From NCBI GenBank assembly GCA_965203325.1, contig OZ241875.1, positions 480,001 to 544,000 on the forward strand: DNA of 64,000 nucleotides, in the 5' to 3' direction. The notes below the pieces were generated by a model. It was not told where the DNA came from, ran no database searches, and saw only the letters and a list, made by a program, of their open reading frames with translations. The position numbers and the translations under genes were made by a program. The stretch is from a bacterium. Its GTDB lineage: Bacteria > UBA8248. Below, in pieces: positions 52,171 through 62,214 of the stretch (position 1 is its first letter; every line of letters starts with the position of its first letter).

Positions 52171-52986
52171 ATGGACACGCAAGACTGGTATGAGGTCATC
52201 GAGTTCGCACCGGGCACCTATCAGATATCGGAAGCCGGGCGGTGGAACATGTTCCTCCTCGTGGGCGAGGAGAAGGCCCTCTCGCTCGACGGCGGGATCG
52301 GTGTGGGCAGCGTGCGCAGGTTGTGTGAGTCGATAACCGACCTGCCCGTGGAACACGTCCTGACCCACACGCACTGGGATCACGTGGGCGCGATCCACGA
52401 ATGGGAGTCGGTGGGCGTTCATCCCAACGGAAAAGACAAGCTGGCGAACGACTACTCGGCGGGCTGCCGTGATTTCGTCCAGACTTGGGACGGAATACCC
52501 TTTCCCGAGGGGTTTGAGCCTGAGACCTTCACCATACCGCCCGGAAAGTTCGGCTGGGCGGTGCAGGAAGGCGACGTCATCGACCTCGGCGGCAGGAAAA
52601 TCCACGTATACGACACGCCGGGGCATTCGCCGTGCAGCATCTCGCTCTATGACGAGAAAGAGCGCGTCCTGATCTCGGGCGATCTGGTGAAGCCCGGCCA
52701 GCCGCTCTTCATCCAGGTGCCCACGGCCGTCCTGTCCGAATACGGGTCCTCGATGCGCAGGCTCCAGAGGATCGCAGAAGATAACGACGCCCGGTTCGTC
52801 TGCTCGGGCCATACCGACCCGTGCGAGGACATCGCCGTCATCGGGCGGATGGCGCAGTTCGTGGAGGAGGTGGCCGCAGGCGCGCATGAGCCGCCCGCCA
52901 AGGTGGAAGCCGGGAAATGGGGCGTGGTCGATGAATACGCCTCCGGCGACATGAAGGTCTGGACGAACGACAACGCGAGAAAATAG
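52171..52986 (+). CDS. MBL-fold metallo-hydrolase (paralog 2)
   Basis: THTHWDHVG, TPGHSP, SGD, SGH; colinear with paralog 1. Confidence 0.92.
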   Translation: MDTQDWYEVIEFAPGTYQISEAGRWNMFLLVGEEKALSLDGGIGVGSVRRLCESITDLPVEHVLTHTHWDHVGAIHEWESVGVHPNGKDKLANDYSAGCRDFVQTWDGIPFPEGFEPETFTIPPGKFGWAVQEGDVIDLGGRKIHVYDTPGHSPCSISLYDEKERVLISGDLVKPGQPLFIQVPTAVLSEYGSSMRRLQRIAEDNDARFVCSGHTDPCEDIAVIGRMAQFVEEVAAGAHEPPAKVEAGKWGVVDEYASGDMKVWTNDNARK

Positions 52987-52996
52987 CGGAGGATAT

Positions 52997-54949
52997 TTGC
53001 AAGTGAACGCTTCTGACATCATTTGGCGGCCGGATGAGGATTTTCTGACGAACAGCCATGTCGCCAGGCTGATGAAAAAGATCGGCATCTCCGATTACCG
53101 CGAATTCCTCAAGTGGTCTATCGAGGACATCCGGCGCTTCTGGGAGGTCGTTTTAGATGACATGGGGCTTGCATGGTACCGGCCCTACGACGAATTGCTC
53201 GACCTGAGCGGCGGCTTCCCGTGGGCGAAGTGGTTCATCGGCGGCGAGACGAACCTCGTCCTGAACTGCATCGACCGCCACGTAGAGGGCGGGCGCCGCG
53301 ATCAGACCGCCCTCGTATGGGAGAGCGACGGGGGCGAGGTGCGGAAGTTCACCTACGCCGAATTCTCGGCGGAAGTGTCGCGTCTTGCGAACGCCATGCG
53401 CGGGATGGGTCTCAAGCCGGGCGACGTGGCGGGCGTGTTCCTCCCCATGGTGCCAGAAGCCGCCATCGTCATGTACGCGTGCTTCAAGACGGGGGTGGCC
53501 GTGCTGCCCGTCTTCTCGGGCTTCGGCCCCGAGGGTCTGGCAGAGCGCCTCATCCACGCGGAAGCACGCATCCTCTTCACAGTGGACGGCGCCGTCCGCA
53601 GGGGCAAGAAGGTGCCGCTCAAGGGCACGGCGGACGCGGCTTTAGAGCGCGGCACGAAGGTGGAAAAGGTGGTCGTCCTCACGCGCTCGGGCGATGAAGT
53701 TCCCATGAAGGCAGGGCGCGACGTCACCTGGGATGATTTCGTAGCGGGGCAATCGACGGAAGCCGAGACGGAGCGCCTCCCCGCCGACGCCGTCTCGATG
53801 ATCATGTACACCTCGGGCACGACCGGAAAGCCCAAGGGCACCGTCTACACCCACGCGGGGCTGATGAGCGGCCCGGGGCGCGAACTCAAGTATTGCCTCG
53901 ACATGCGCGACGGCGATACGGTCTTCTGGGTGACGGACTTCGGCTGGGTCATGGCGCCTTACGAACTCGTGGGCTCTCACTTCAACGGCCACGCTTGCCA
54001 GCTCTATGAGAGCGTGCCGAACCACCCGGCGCCCGATCGCTTATGGCAAATCATCGCGAGGAACGGGGTCACCCACCTGGGGCTGTCCCCCACGGCGGTG
54101 CGCGTACTGATCAGCGCGGGCGATGAGTGGGTGGAGAAACACGATCTCTCCTGCCTGCGCGTGCTCGCCTCCACCGGCGAACCCTGGGACCCGGAATCCT
54201 ACATGTGGTATTTCGAAAAGGTGGGCGGCGGCAGGTGCCCCATCATGAACATATCGGGCGGCACCGAGATCGGCGCCTGCCTCCTGCAACCCCTGCCCGT
54301 CATGGACCTCTCCCCCTGCACGCTGGGCGCGCCCGCCATGGGCACTGACGCCGACGTGTTCGGCGAGGACGCCAGGCCGATCCGCGGCGAGGTGGGCCAC
54401 CTCGTGCTCAAACAGCCCATCCCCTCCCTCACCAACGGTTTCTGGAAGGAGCCGGACCGCTACCTCGAGACCTATTTCTCGCGCTGGGAGGGCGTGTGGT
54501 ACCACGGCGACTGGGCCAAGGTGGACGAGCAGGGGCTCTGGTATCTCTACGGGCGCTCGGACGACACCATCAAGGTATCGGGCAAGCGCGTGGGGCCGAA
54601 CGAAATCGAGTCCGAACTCATCAAGCACCCCGGCGTCATCGAGGCCGCCGTCGTGGGCACGCCCCACCCGGTGAAGGGGGAAGGCCTCACCTGCTTCGTC
54701 GTCATGCACGAAACTTATGAGCCTACCGACGCCCTGCGCGAGGAGCTGAAAGATCAGGCGGTGGAGTATCTCGGAAAGAGCCTGCGGCCCGATGAGGTCC
54801 GCTTCGTCAAGGCCCTGCCCAAGACGCGCTCGGCGAAAATCGTGCGGGGCGCCATCAAGAAGGTCTACCTGGGCGAACAGGTGGACCACATGGACCTGAA
54901 CTCGCTCGAAAACCCCGCGCACCTCGACGCCATCCGGGAAGCGGTGTGA
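52997..54949 (+). CDS. AMP-forming acyl-CoA synthetase (acetate/acetoacetate-CoA ligase-like), paralog 1
   Basis: YTSGTTGKPKG, STGEPW, SGGTE, WYHGD, GRSDD, LPKTRSAK. Confidence 0.92.
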   Translation: MQVNASDIIWRPDEDFLTNSHVARLMKKIGISDYREFLKWSIEDIRRFWEVVLDDMGLAWYRPYDELLDLSGGFPWAKWFIGGETNLVLNCIDRHVEGGRRDQTALVWESDGGEVRKFTYAEFSAEVSRLANAMRGMGLKPGDVAGVFLPMVPEAAIVMYACFKTGVAVLPVFSGFGPEGLAERLIHAEARILFTVDGAVRRGKKVPLKGTADAALERGTKVEKVVVLTRSGDEVPMKAGRDVTWDDFVAGQSTEAETERLPADAVSMIMYTSGTTGKPKGTVYTHAGLMSGPGRELKYCLDMRDGDTVFWVTDFGWVMAPYELVGSHFNGHACQLYESVPNHPAPDRLWQIIARNGVTHLGLSPTAVRVLISAGDEWVEKHDLSCLRVLASTGEPWDPESYMWYFEKVGGGRCPIMNISGGTEIGACLLQPLPVMDLSPCTLGAPAMGTDADVFGEDARPIRGEVGHLVLKQPIPSLTNGFWKEPDRYLETYFSRWEGVWYHGDWAKVDEQGLWYLYGRSDDTIKVSGKRVGPNEIESELIKHPGVIEAAVVGTPHPVKGEGLTCFVVMHETYEPTDALREELKDQAVEYLGKSLRPDEVRFVKALPKTRSAKIVRGAIKKVYLGEQVDHMDLNSLENPAHLDAIREAV

Positions 54950-54986
54950 GGAAAGGGACAATAGACATCCCTAAGGAGACGGTTCA

Positions 54987-55847
54987 GTGCAATACGTGAA
55001 ACCAGAAAGAATTTGGCTGAAGAATCCTCATACCGAACTGAACGAAAAATGGGTGCAGGATAGAATCTCCGAAGACCCATCCATATTAGGGCTGGGCGAT
55101 CTTGTTTTGATGGATACGGAGCGAAAACAGCCCAGTGCAGGCCGTTTAGACCTACTGCTTCAAGATTCGAAAACAGACCACAGATACGAAGTCGAAATCC
55201 AGCTTGGGGCAACCGACGAATCGCACATCATCCGCACCATCGAGTATTGGGACATTGAGCGGAAGCGTTATCCGCAATACGAGCATTCCGCGGTTCTGGT
55301 CGCTGAGGACGTCACTAGTCGTTTCTTGAATGTCGTTTCACTGTTCAACGGCGCGATTCCCCTGATCGCGATTCAGTTTCAAGCCTTGAAGATCGGCGAT
55401 TACATTTCATTGGTTTTTACTACTGTAATGGATGTACTAGTGCGAGGAGACGAGGACGAAGAACCTCAAACACCCGCAGATCGTACATATTGGGAGCAGC
55501 GAGGTTCTAAAGCCACTGTTTCACTTGCCGATCAACTAATAGGAATGATTAGAGGGTTCGCTCCAGATGTGGAACCAAAATACAACAAGTATTACATTGG
55601 CCTCTCCCAAAATGGTCGAGTAAACAACTTTATTGCCCTCATCCCCCAGAAAAATCGCCTCCGCCTCAGGATTTTCTGGGAGAGAACACAAGAAACCGAC
55701 GAACGACTCGAACAACAAACAGATATTGCCTTTGCATATAACAGACACAGACGTGCTTATGATATTGATCTCAATAAGGACGATATCGAAAAACGAGGCG
55801 ATGCATTAAAAGAACTCATACACCTGGCTTATAAGCGCAAAACGTAA
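54987..55847 (+). CDS. NucS/PD-(D/E)XK-like nuclease domain with DUF5655-like C-terminus
   Basis: EKWVQD, GRLDLLL, YEVEIQLGATDESHIIRTIEYW; KYNKYYIG C-terminal domain; lower GC than neighbours. Confidence 0.75.
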   Translation: MQYVKPERIWLKNPHTELNEKWVQDRISEDPSILGLGDLVLMDTERKQPSAGRLDLLLQDSKTDHRYEVEIQLGATDESHIIRTIEYWDIERKRYPQYEHSAVLVAEDVTSRFLNVVSLFNGAIPLIAIQFQALKIGDYISLVFTTVMDVLVRGDEDEEPQTPADRTYWEQRGSKATVSLADQLIGMIRGFAPDVEPKYNKYYIGLSQNGRVNNFIALIPQKNRLRLRIFWERTQETDERLEQQTDIAFAYNRHRRAYDIDLNKDDIEKRGDALKELIHLAYKRKT

Positions 55848-55867
55848 TAACCACCCGAGGAAAAGCC

Positions 55868-57814
55868 GTGAGCAATTCCGAAATCATCTGGCGGCCGAAC
55901 GAGGATTTTCTGGAAAACTCGAACGTCGCCCGCTTCATGAAGAGACAGGGTCTCGCGAGCTATGAGGCGCTGATCGATTTCTTCCGGGAAGACGTCGGCC
56001 GCTTCTGGTCGGCCATCGAAAAGGACATGGGCGTCTCCTGGTACAGGCCGTATGACGAGATCATGGACGCATCGGGCGGCCTGCCCTGGACGAAGTGGTT
56101 CCTGGGAGGCGAGCTAAACATCGTCCACAACTGCATCGACAGGCACTTGGAAACCTCCAGGCGCGACAGGACGGCCCTCATCTGGGAGGGGGACGGCGGC
56201 GAGGTGCGCCGCTACACCTACGCCGAGATGAACGCCCACGTCTGCCGCCTGGCGAACGCCATGCGCGGGATGGGGATGCGGCCCGGCGACAGCGCCGGCA
56301 TCTTCATGCCCATGCTGCCCGAGACGGTCTTCGCCATGTTCGCGTGCCTCAAGATCGGCGTCGTCGCGATCCCCATCTTCTCGGGCTTCGGCCCCGAAGC
56401 CGTCGCCGAGCGTCTCGAGCACGCCGACGCGCGGCTCGTCTTCACGTCGAACGGCGGGATGCGCCGGGGCAAGGAAATCGGCGTGAAGGCCCTGATGGAC
56501 AAGGCCCTGACCCTCGGAACCCGGGTCGAGAAGGTCGTAGTCTTCAGAAGAACCGAATCGGACGTCCCCATGCAGGCCGGACGGGACGTCGATTGGGACG
56601 ATTTCATCGACGGCCACCCCGAAGAAGCCGAGACCGAGCGCCTGCCCGCCGAGGCCCTCTCCCTCATCATCTACACCTCGGGCACGACGGGAAAGCCGAA
56701 AGGCTCGGTGCACACCCACGCGGGCTGCATGCTCAACGTGGCCAAGGAGATACGCTACTGCATGGATTTGCGCGATTCGGACACCCTCTTCTGGGTGACG
56801 GACATCGGCTGGATGATGGGTCCCTGGAAGATGATAGGCGTCCAGTTCGGGGGCGGCACGTATCTGATTTACGAGGGCGCGCCCAACTGGCCCGAACCCG
56901 ACAGGCTCTGGAAGATGCTGAGCGATCATAAGGTCTCCATCTTCGGGGTCTCGCCCACCGCCGTGCGGCTGCTCATCAGCGCGGGCGACGAGTGGGTGGA
57001 AAAACACGACCTCTCCTCCCTGCGCGTGCTGGGCTCCACGGGCGAGCCCTGGGACCCCGAATCCTATATGTGGTATTTCGAAAAGGTGGGCGGCGGGCGG
57101 TGCCCCGTCATGAACATATCGGGCGGCACCGAGCTTTGCGGCTGCATCCTCCAGCCCTACCCCATCGTTCCGCTCACGCCGTGCTCCCTGGGCGGCCCGG
57201 CTTTGGGTTCGGACGCCGACGTGTTCAACGAGGAGGGGCAGCCCGTGCGCGGGGAGATCGGCCACCTCGTGCTCAAACAACCCGTCCCCTCGATGACCAA
57301 GGGTTTCCTGAAAGACGATGCGCGCTTCCTGGAAACCTATTTCTCGCGCTGGCCGGACGTCTGGTACCACGGCGACTGGGCGCGCCTGGACGAAGACGGG
57401 CAGTGGTATCTCTTCGGGCGGTCTGACGACACCATCAACGTCGCGGGCAAGCGCGTGGGGCCCGCCGAGGTGGAGGCCGCCCTCATCCGGCACCCCGCCG
57501 TGGTGGAGGCCGCCGTCATCGGCGCGCCGCACCCCATCAAGGGCGAGGGTCTTTGCTGTTTCGTGGTGCTGGTCGGGGGCCATGCGCCGAGCGACGCGCT
57601 CCGCGACGACCTCAAGGAAGAGACCGTGAAATATCTGGGAAAAAGCCTGCGCCCCGATGAGGTCAAGTTCGTCGAGGCGCTGCCCAAGACGCGCTCGGCC
57701 AAGATCGTGCGCGCCGCCATCAAGAAGGTCTATATGGGCGAGGACCCGGCGAACATCGACACCTCCTCCATCGAGGCGCCGGAGTTTTTACGCGCCATCA
57801 CAGAGGCGCGATGA
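55868..57814 (+). CDS. AMP-forming acyl-CoA synthetase, paralog 2
   Basis: Same motif set as paralog 1. Confidence 0.92.
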   Translation: MSNSEIIWRPNEDFLENSNVARFMKRQGLASYEALIDFFREDVGRFWSAIEKDMGVSWYRPYDEIMDASGGLPWTKWFLGGELNIVHNCIDRHLETSRRDRTALIWEGDGGEVRRYTYAEMNAHVCRLANAMRGMGMRPGDSAGIFMPMLPETVFAMFACLKIGVVAIPIFSGFGPEAVAERLEHADARLVFTSNGGMRRGKEIGVKALMDKALTLGTRVEKVVVFRRTESDVPMQAGRDVDWDDFIDGHPEEAETERLPAEALSLIIYTSGTTGKPKGSVHTHAGCMLNVAKEIRYCMDLRDSDTLFWVTDIGWMMGPWKMIGVQFGGGTYLIYEGAPNWPEPDRLWKMLSDHKVSIFGVSPTAVRLLISAGDEWVEKHDLSSLRVLGSTGEPWDPESYMWYFEKVGGGRCPVMNISGGTELCGCILQPYPIVPLTPCSLGGPALGSDADVFNEEGQPVRGEIGHLVLKQPVPSMTKGFLKDDARFLETYFSRWPDVWYHGDWARLDEDGQWYLFGRSDDTINVAGKRVGPAEVEAALIRHPAVVEAAVIGAPHPIKGEGLCCFVVLVGGHAPSDALRDDLKEETVKYLGKSLRPDEVKFVEALPKTRSAKIVRAAIKKVYMGEDPANIDTSSIEAPEFLRAITEAR

Positions 57815-57815
57815 G

Positions 57816-58073
57816 GTGTCGCTCCTCAACTGCCCTGAATGCGGGGGGCTCCTGAGCACCGAAGCCAGGACATGCCCGCACTGCGGCTATCCCTTGCGAA
57901 AAGGCGGAATCGGGAGCGTCTTCCAAGCCATCGCCCAGATACCGTGCTTCGTCGCCGGCCTGGTCCTCATCTTCATCGCGCTCTTCTTCGGCTTGGTGCT
58001 CCTCGACGTCTACTACTTCCACGGCCTGATCCCCAGATTGTTCGGGATCGAGGGCGGCGTCACCACGTTCTAG
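57816..58073 (+). CDS. Zinc-ribbon small membrane protein
   Basis: CPECG...CPHCGYP followed by a TM helix; GTG start right after the acs stop. Confidence 0.75.
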   Translation: MSLLNCPECGGLLSTEARTCPHCGYPLRKGGIGSVFQAIAQIPCFVAGLVLIFIALFFGLVLLDVYYFHGLIPRLFGIEGGVTTF

Positions 58074-58091
58074 GGCGGCCGCCGTATGACG

Positions 58092-58281
58092 CCTCATCCC
58101 GAGTAGGCGCGCTTGCGCGCCGTATCGAGGGACGGAGGCGCACCCTTCGATACGCCGCCTTCGGCGGCTACTCAGGGTGAGGGATGTGGGGGCCCTGAGC
58201 TTGTCCAGGGGCCGCTGCGCAGCGCGTGGTCGATTTCGTCGGCGGATAAAAATGGATTCCGGCTTTCGCCGGAATGACGGG
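58092..58281. repeat. Cluster of palindromic intergenic repeats, including GGATTCCGGCTTTCGCCGGAATGAC
   Basis: Inverted pair 58092-58182 related to 40588-40630; hairpin at 58254-58281. Confidence 0.6.
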
Positions 58282-58328
58282 CAAAAGCGTGTTCGGATCG
58301 CCCTGATTGCCCTCCTCACCCTGAAAAT

Positions 58329-58477
58329 CAACCCCCCCTACCCCCCCCTTGACAGGGGTCAAAACCGACCGAAGAGGGAGGTTTTGCAAGACGATGTATT
58401 TCTCGTCAATGGCTCATGCAAACGCTCGTTCATCACTCGCGTTTGACCCCTGACAAGGGGGGGGGTAGGGGGGGTTG
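58329..58477 (-). mobile_element. ~140-bp MITE-like element, subfamily A, copy 3 (inverted)
   Basis: Reverse complement of copy 2. Confidence 0.8.
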
Positions 58478-58563
58478 CCTTTATCCCCTGACAAGGGGGC
58501 TTGGGGGTCGAATGCGACCGGGGAGGGAGCGTTCGCCAACAACCGCGCAAACCAACCCCCGCC

Positions 58564-59865
58564 TCAGTTCATCACCATGCGCGGGAGCCAGAGCACGAGT
58601 TCGGGGAAGACGATCGTCAGGGCGACGACGATGAGCGAGAGCAGAATGTAGGGGATCGCCAGGACGGCCAGCCGCTCGAAGGGCAGTTCCGTGACCGGGA
58701 TGAGTGCGTAGAGCACCATGCCGACGGGCGGCGTCAGCAGGCCGATCGTGAGAGCGACCGTCATGACCACCCCGAAATGGATGGGGTCGATGCCGAATTT
58801 CTCCGCCGTGGGCAGCAGAATCGGCGTCAGGATCAGGATGGCGGGCGTCTCCGCCATGAAGCAGCCGACGATCATCCACAATATCGTGAACAGGAACAGC
58901 AGCACCGTCGGGTCGCTGGATATCTGCGTGATCAGGGCGGCCAGGGCGTCGGGCACCTGCCCGCGGATCATCACGACGCCGAACGCCGAGGTGAAGGCGA
59001 TGACCAGCATGATGACGGCCGTGTCGATCATCGTGCCCTTGATCTCGCGCATCAGGTGACGCCAGCCGTATTCCCTGTAGAAGAGAAGCCCCAGCACCAT
59101 CGCGTAGAACGCCGCGACGGCGGCCGCCTCGGTCGGGGTGAAGATGCCCCCGTAAATGCCGCCGATGATGATGACGGGCGTCATCAGCGGCAGGAAGGCG
59201 TTCCGGAAGGAGACGAGGAGTTCGCGGATTCCCGCCATGGACCCCGAGGGATAATTGCCCCTGCGGGCGCGGTAGCTCACGTAGATGATGAAGGCGATGG
59301 CCATCAGCGTGCCGGGGATGACGCCGCCCAGGAACAGCGAGCCGATGGATTCCTCCGCGATGACGCCGTAGGCCACGAGCGGGATGCTCGGCGGGATGAT
59401 GGGGCCGATGAGGGAAGACGCCGCCGTGATGCCTGAGCTGAATTCGCGGTCGTAGCCCTCCTGCAGCATGGCGCGCATCTCCACCGTGCCGAGCCCCACG
59501 GCGTCCGCCGTCGCAGCACCCGACATGCCCGCGAAGATCATGCTCGCCAGCACGTTCGCGTGCCCGAGGCCCCCCTTCAGGGGACGCGACACGACGCTCA
59601 CGAAGCCGAAGAGCCGCTCGGTGATTCCGCCCACGTTCATGAGCCGGCCCGTGAGGAGGAAGAACGGGATGGCCAGCAGGAGAAAGTTGTTGATCTTGGC
59701 GAACGCGAGGCGGGCGATCATCGAAGAGGTGCGCGGGTCCAGGAAATCGCCGAAGAAATAGCCCGCCCCTATCATGGAGACGGTGCCCGCGCCGAAACCC
59801 ACCGGAAAGCCCAGCATGATCAGGACCACGAGAGCGAATGCCAGAAAGGCGTAGGCGGCCATCAC
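58564..59865 (-). CDS. dctM: TRAP transporter large permease
   Basis: LLAIPFF, FAGMSGAATAD, IIPPSIP, FTPTEAA, GLLTPPVG. Confidence 0.95.
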   Translation of the reverse strand: MMAAYAFLAFALVVLIMLGFPVGFGAGTVSMIGAGYFFGDFLDPRTSSMIARLAFAKINNFLLLAIPFFLLTGRLMNVGGITERLFGFVSVVSRPLKGGLGHANVLASMIFAGMSGAATADAVGLGTVEMRAMLQEGYDREFSSGITAASSLIGPIIPPSIPLVAYGVIAEESIGSLFLGGVIPGTLMAIAFIIYVSYRARRGNYPSGSMAGIRELLVSFRNAFLPLMTPVIIIGGIYGGIFTPTEAAAVAAFYAMVLGLLFYREYGWRHLMREIKGTMIDTAVIMLVIAFTSAFGVVMIRGQVPDALAALITQISSDPTVLLFLFTILWMIVGCFMAETPAILILTPILLPTAEKFGIDPIHFGVVMTVALTIGLLTPPVGMVLYALIPVTELPFERLAVLAIPYILLSLIVVALTIVFPELVLWLPRMVMN

Positions 59866-60377
59866 TCGGCGCTCTTTTCAGCGTCGCCGGAACCAGACAG
59901 AAAAGCCTGAAAGCTCTCTACGAATCCGTAGAGAACGTACAGGATGGTCAGCACGATGGCGACGCATTCGATGAAGTAGAGATATCCGGTGCGCAGCCAG
60001 GAGATGGCTATCATGTAGGATTCCCAGGTGACGGAAACCATCGCCGCAGCGCCCCGCAGCAGAAAGATCAGGAAAACGAGGATGACGGCGCTGAACAGCA
60101 TCCCGACCAGCGCGCGGAGGCGCGGCGGAAGGCGGTTCAGGAGAAAATCCACGACGATGTGGCGTTTTTCGGCGACGGCGATGGCGATACCCAGAAAAAC
60201 GCTCGTGATGAAGAGGATTCTCGCCAACTCTTCAGTCCAGTCGACCGATATGGCGAGCTTTCGGAAGAGAATCTGCGCCCATGTCGAGAGGAGCATGCCG
60301 CAAAAACCGACGAGGGCGACGCCCGTGACGAGATAGGTCACGTTCCGCAGCAATGCCCTGGGCGACCTGGAAGTCAC
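59862..60377 (-). CDS. dctQ: TRAP transporter small permease
   Basis: QILFR, WTEELAR, HIVVD; 4 TM; start re-set to GTG 60377. Confidence 0.9.
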   Translation of the reverse strand: MTSRSPRALLRNVTYLVTGVALVGFCGMLLSTWAQILFRKLAISVDWTEELARILFITSVFLGIAIAVAEKRHIVVDFLLNRLPPRLRALVGMLFSAVILVFLIFLLRGAAAMVSVTWESYMIAISWLRTGYLYFIECVAIVLTILYVLYGFVESFQAFLSGSGDAEKSAE

Positions 60378-60491
60378 GAACCCCGAACCCCCCGCATGGA
60401 TAGAATGAGGAGAAAGCCCTCGAGAACCCCCCGGCGCCCCGCGAAACCACTCACCAGAGGGCTGTTGAAAAATCCCCGAGGAGAGAGGAGC

Positions 60492-60641
60492 CACTCCCCC
60501 CTTGAGGGGGAGTCGAAGAGGCCGAGCCTTGGCGAAGGCCGATTCGGTGGGGGGACATGCCACAGAAAAAAACTCCCCCCACCGGTTCGGTTTCGGGCAA
60601 AATCCCCCTCCCCTCACCGACTCCCCCTCAAGGGGGGAGTG
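60492..60641. repeat. 150-bp palindromic element with CACTCCCCCCTTGAGGGGGAGTCG terminal inverted repeats
   Basis: 24-bp TIRs; related copy at 63913-64000 and partial arms near 37515 and 2750. Confidence 0.75.
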
Positions 60642-60770
60642 GATGTTGAGCGCTCTTCAAAGGGGAAAGTTTCGCCTCCTCCCTCCCCGGTTGACTCCAT
60701 ACACACAATCACGAAATCAGTACATTCTCAAAACCCCACGAGTTGCCGGAGGAATTGAGCGGAAAAGCGG

Positions 60771-61757
60771 CTACATCCCCTGTTTGGCGATGTCCTCGAG
60801 CAGTCCGGGCCGGCACCTTTCCTTCGCGAACTTCTGGACGATCGGCTCGGCGATCTTCTTGAAGGCCGCGACGTTGGGCTTCACAACCGTCATCCCCTTG
60901 GCCTTGAGCTTGGCCTCGACATCGGCGAAGGACTTCCAGACGGCGTCCGTCATCCAGTCGATGGCCTTCTTCGCTTCCTCGTCGAAGATTTTCTTGTGGC
61001 CGGCGCTCAGACCCTTGTAGAACCCGTTGTTCCCGGACACGACGAAGTAGCTCCAGACGTGGCCGGTGAGGTTCAGGTATTTCTGCACTTCAAAGAAGTT
61101 CGACCCGTAGATGGTGCCGAGCGGGTTTTCCTGCGCCTCGACCGTTCCGGTCTGGAGCGCGCCGTAGAGCTCCTTGAACGACATCGGCACGGGGTTCGCC
61201 CCGAAGGCCTTGAACACGCGCTGGCGCAGCTTGTTGGTGATGCGCACCTTGATGCCCTTCATGTCAGACGGATTCTTGACCGGCACTTTCGAGGTGAGGT
61301 TCCGCGCGCCGCGGTGCCCGACGCCGACGATCCGGATGTTGTGCTTCTTCTGGAGGACGCCGCTCACCTCTTTCCCGAGCGGCCCGTTCCACACCTTGAG
61401 CCCGTGGTTGCCGTCCTTGTAGACGAACTCGGCCTCCATGCACTGGTATTCCTTCACGAGGTGGTGGACCACGACGGGCCCCGCCACGTGCAGCTGAATC
61501 TCGTTCGTCCCCAGCTGCTGGAGCAGCTGCTTGTCGCCGCCCAGGGCACCGCCCGCGATGATCTGCATGTCGAGTTCGCCGTTGGAGCGCGCCCGCATGG
61601 CGTCGGCCCAGCGCTGCATGGCCTGCACGCTGAACTCCTTGGTGCTGTTCGTCGTGCCGAGCGTGAACTTCACCTTCGCGGCCTCGGCGGCGGTCGCGAG
61701 GAGCATCACCCCGACCAAGAGCGCAACGATCGCAAAACCGGTTCTCAACGATTTCAT
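60771..61757 (-). CDS. dctP: TRAP transporter substrate-binding protein
   Basis: Signal peptide; GARN, DMKGIKVR, ELYGALQTGTVEAQEN, EVQKY...H. Confidence 0.95.
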   Translation of the reverse strand: MKSLRTGFAIVALLVGVMLLATAAEAAKVKFTLGTTNSTKEFSVQAMQRWADAMRARSNGELDMQIIAGGALGGDKQLLQQLGTNEIQLHVAGPVVVHHLVKEYQCMEAEFVYKDGNHGLKVWNGPLGKEVSGVLQKKHNIRIVGVGHRGARNLTSKVPVKNPSDMKGIKVRITNKLRQRVFKAFGANPVPMSFKELYGALQTGTVEAQENPLGTIYGSNFFEVQKYLNLTGHVWSYFVVSGNNGFYKGLSAGHKKIFDEEAKKAIDWMTDAVWKSFADVEAKLKAKGMTVVKPNVAAFKKIAEPIVQKFAKERCRPGLLEDIAKQGM

Positions 61758-61934
61758 CGAACACCTCCTCCTGAATGACGAGTCATCAGCCCATCCTCCC
61801 CCGAGGGTCCCCGAAACGATCGGGGGGGGGAGGAAACCATTGTCATACGCCGGATATCGGAATTATCGCCATAATACGCCGAAAGAGCAAATCCGGCCGC
61901 TTCGGTCGGCACCGCACCACCTCGCCTTGAAAAC

Positions 61935-62068
61935 CAACCCCCCCTACCCCCCCTTGTCAGGGGTCAAAACCGACCGAAGAGGGAGGTTTTGCAAGACGAT
62001 GTATTTCTCGTCAATGGCTCATGCAAACGCTCGTTCATCACTCGCGTTTGACCCCTGACAAGGGGGGT
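61935..62068 (-). mobile_element. ~140-bp MITE-like element, subfamily A, copy 4 (inverted, one arm truncated)
   Basis: Same core as copy 3. Confidence 0.75.
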
Positions 62069-62214
62069 GGGCGTCGAACCCGAACGGAGAGGGAGCGTTC
62101 GCTCCCTTGACAAAGGCTTACTCAACAACCGCGCGAACCCGCCCGGCGCTTGTTCCCGGCCCCCCGAATCGCTAAGCTGGCGCTACTTTTCGTCAAAGGC
62201 TTGCAGGGGACGTT

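Noticed and set aside
51334..52986. Metallo-beta-lactamase antibiotic resistance genes
   Set aside because: No signal peptides, glyoxalase-II-like HxHxDH/GD/GH pattern and a catabolic operon context
59862..60617. N-terminal extensions of dctQ, SDR (48233), HIT (28274) and 3-hydroxyacid dehydrogenase (26400) in the ORF track
   Set aside because: They run through repeats, intergenic DNA or neighbouring genes; downstream starts match family N-termini
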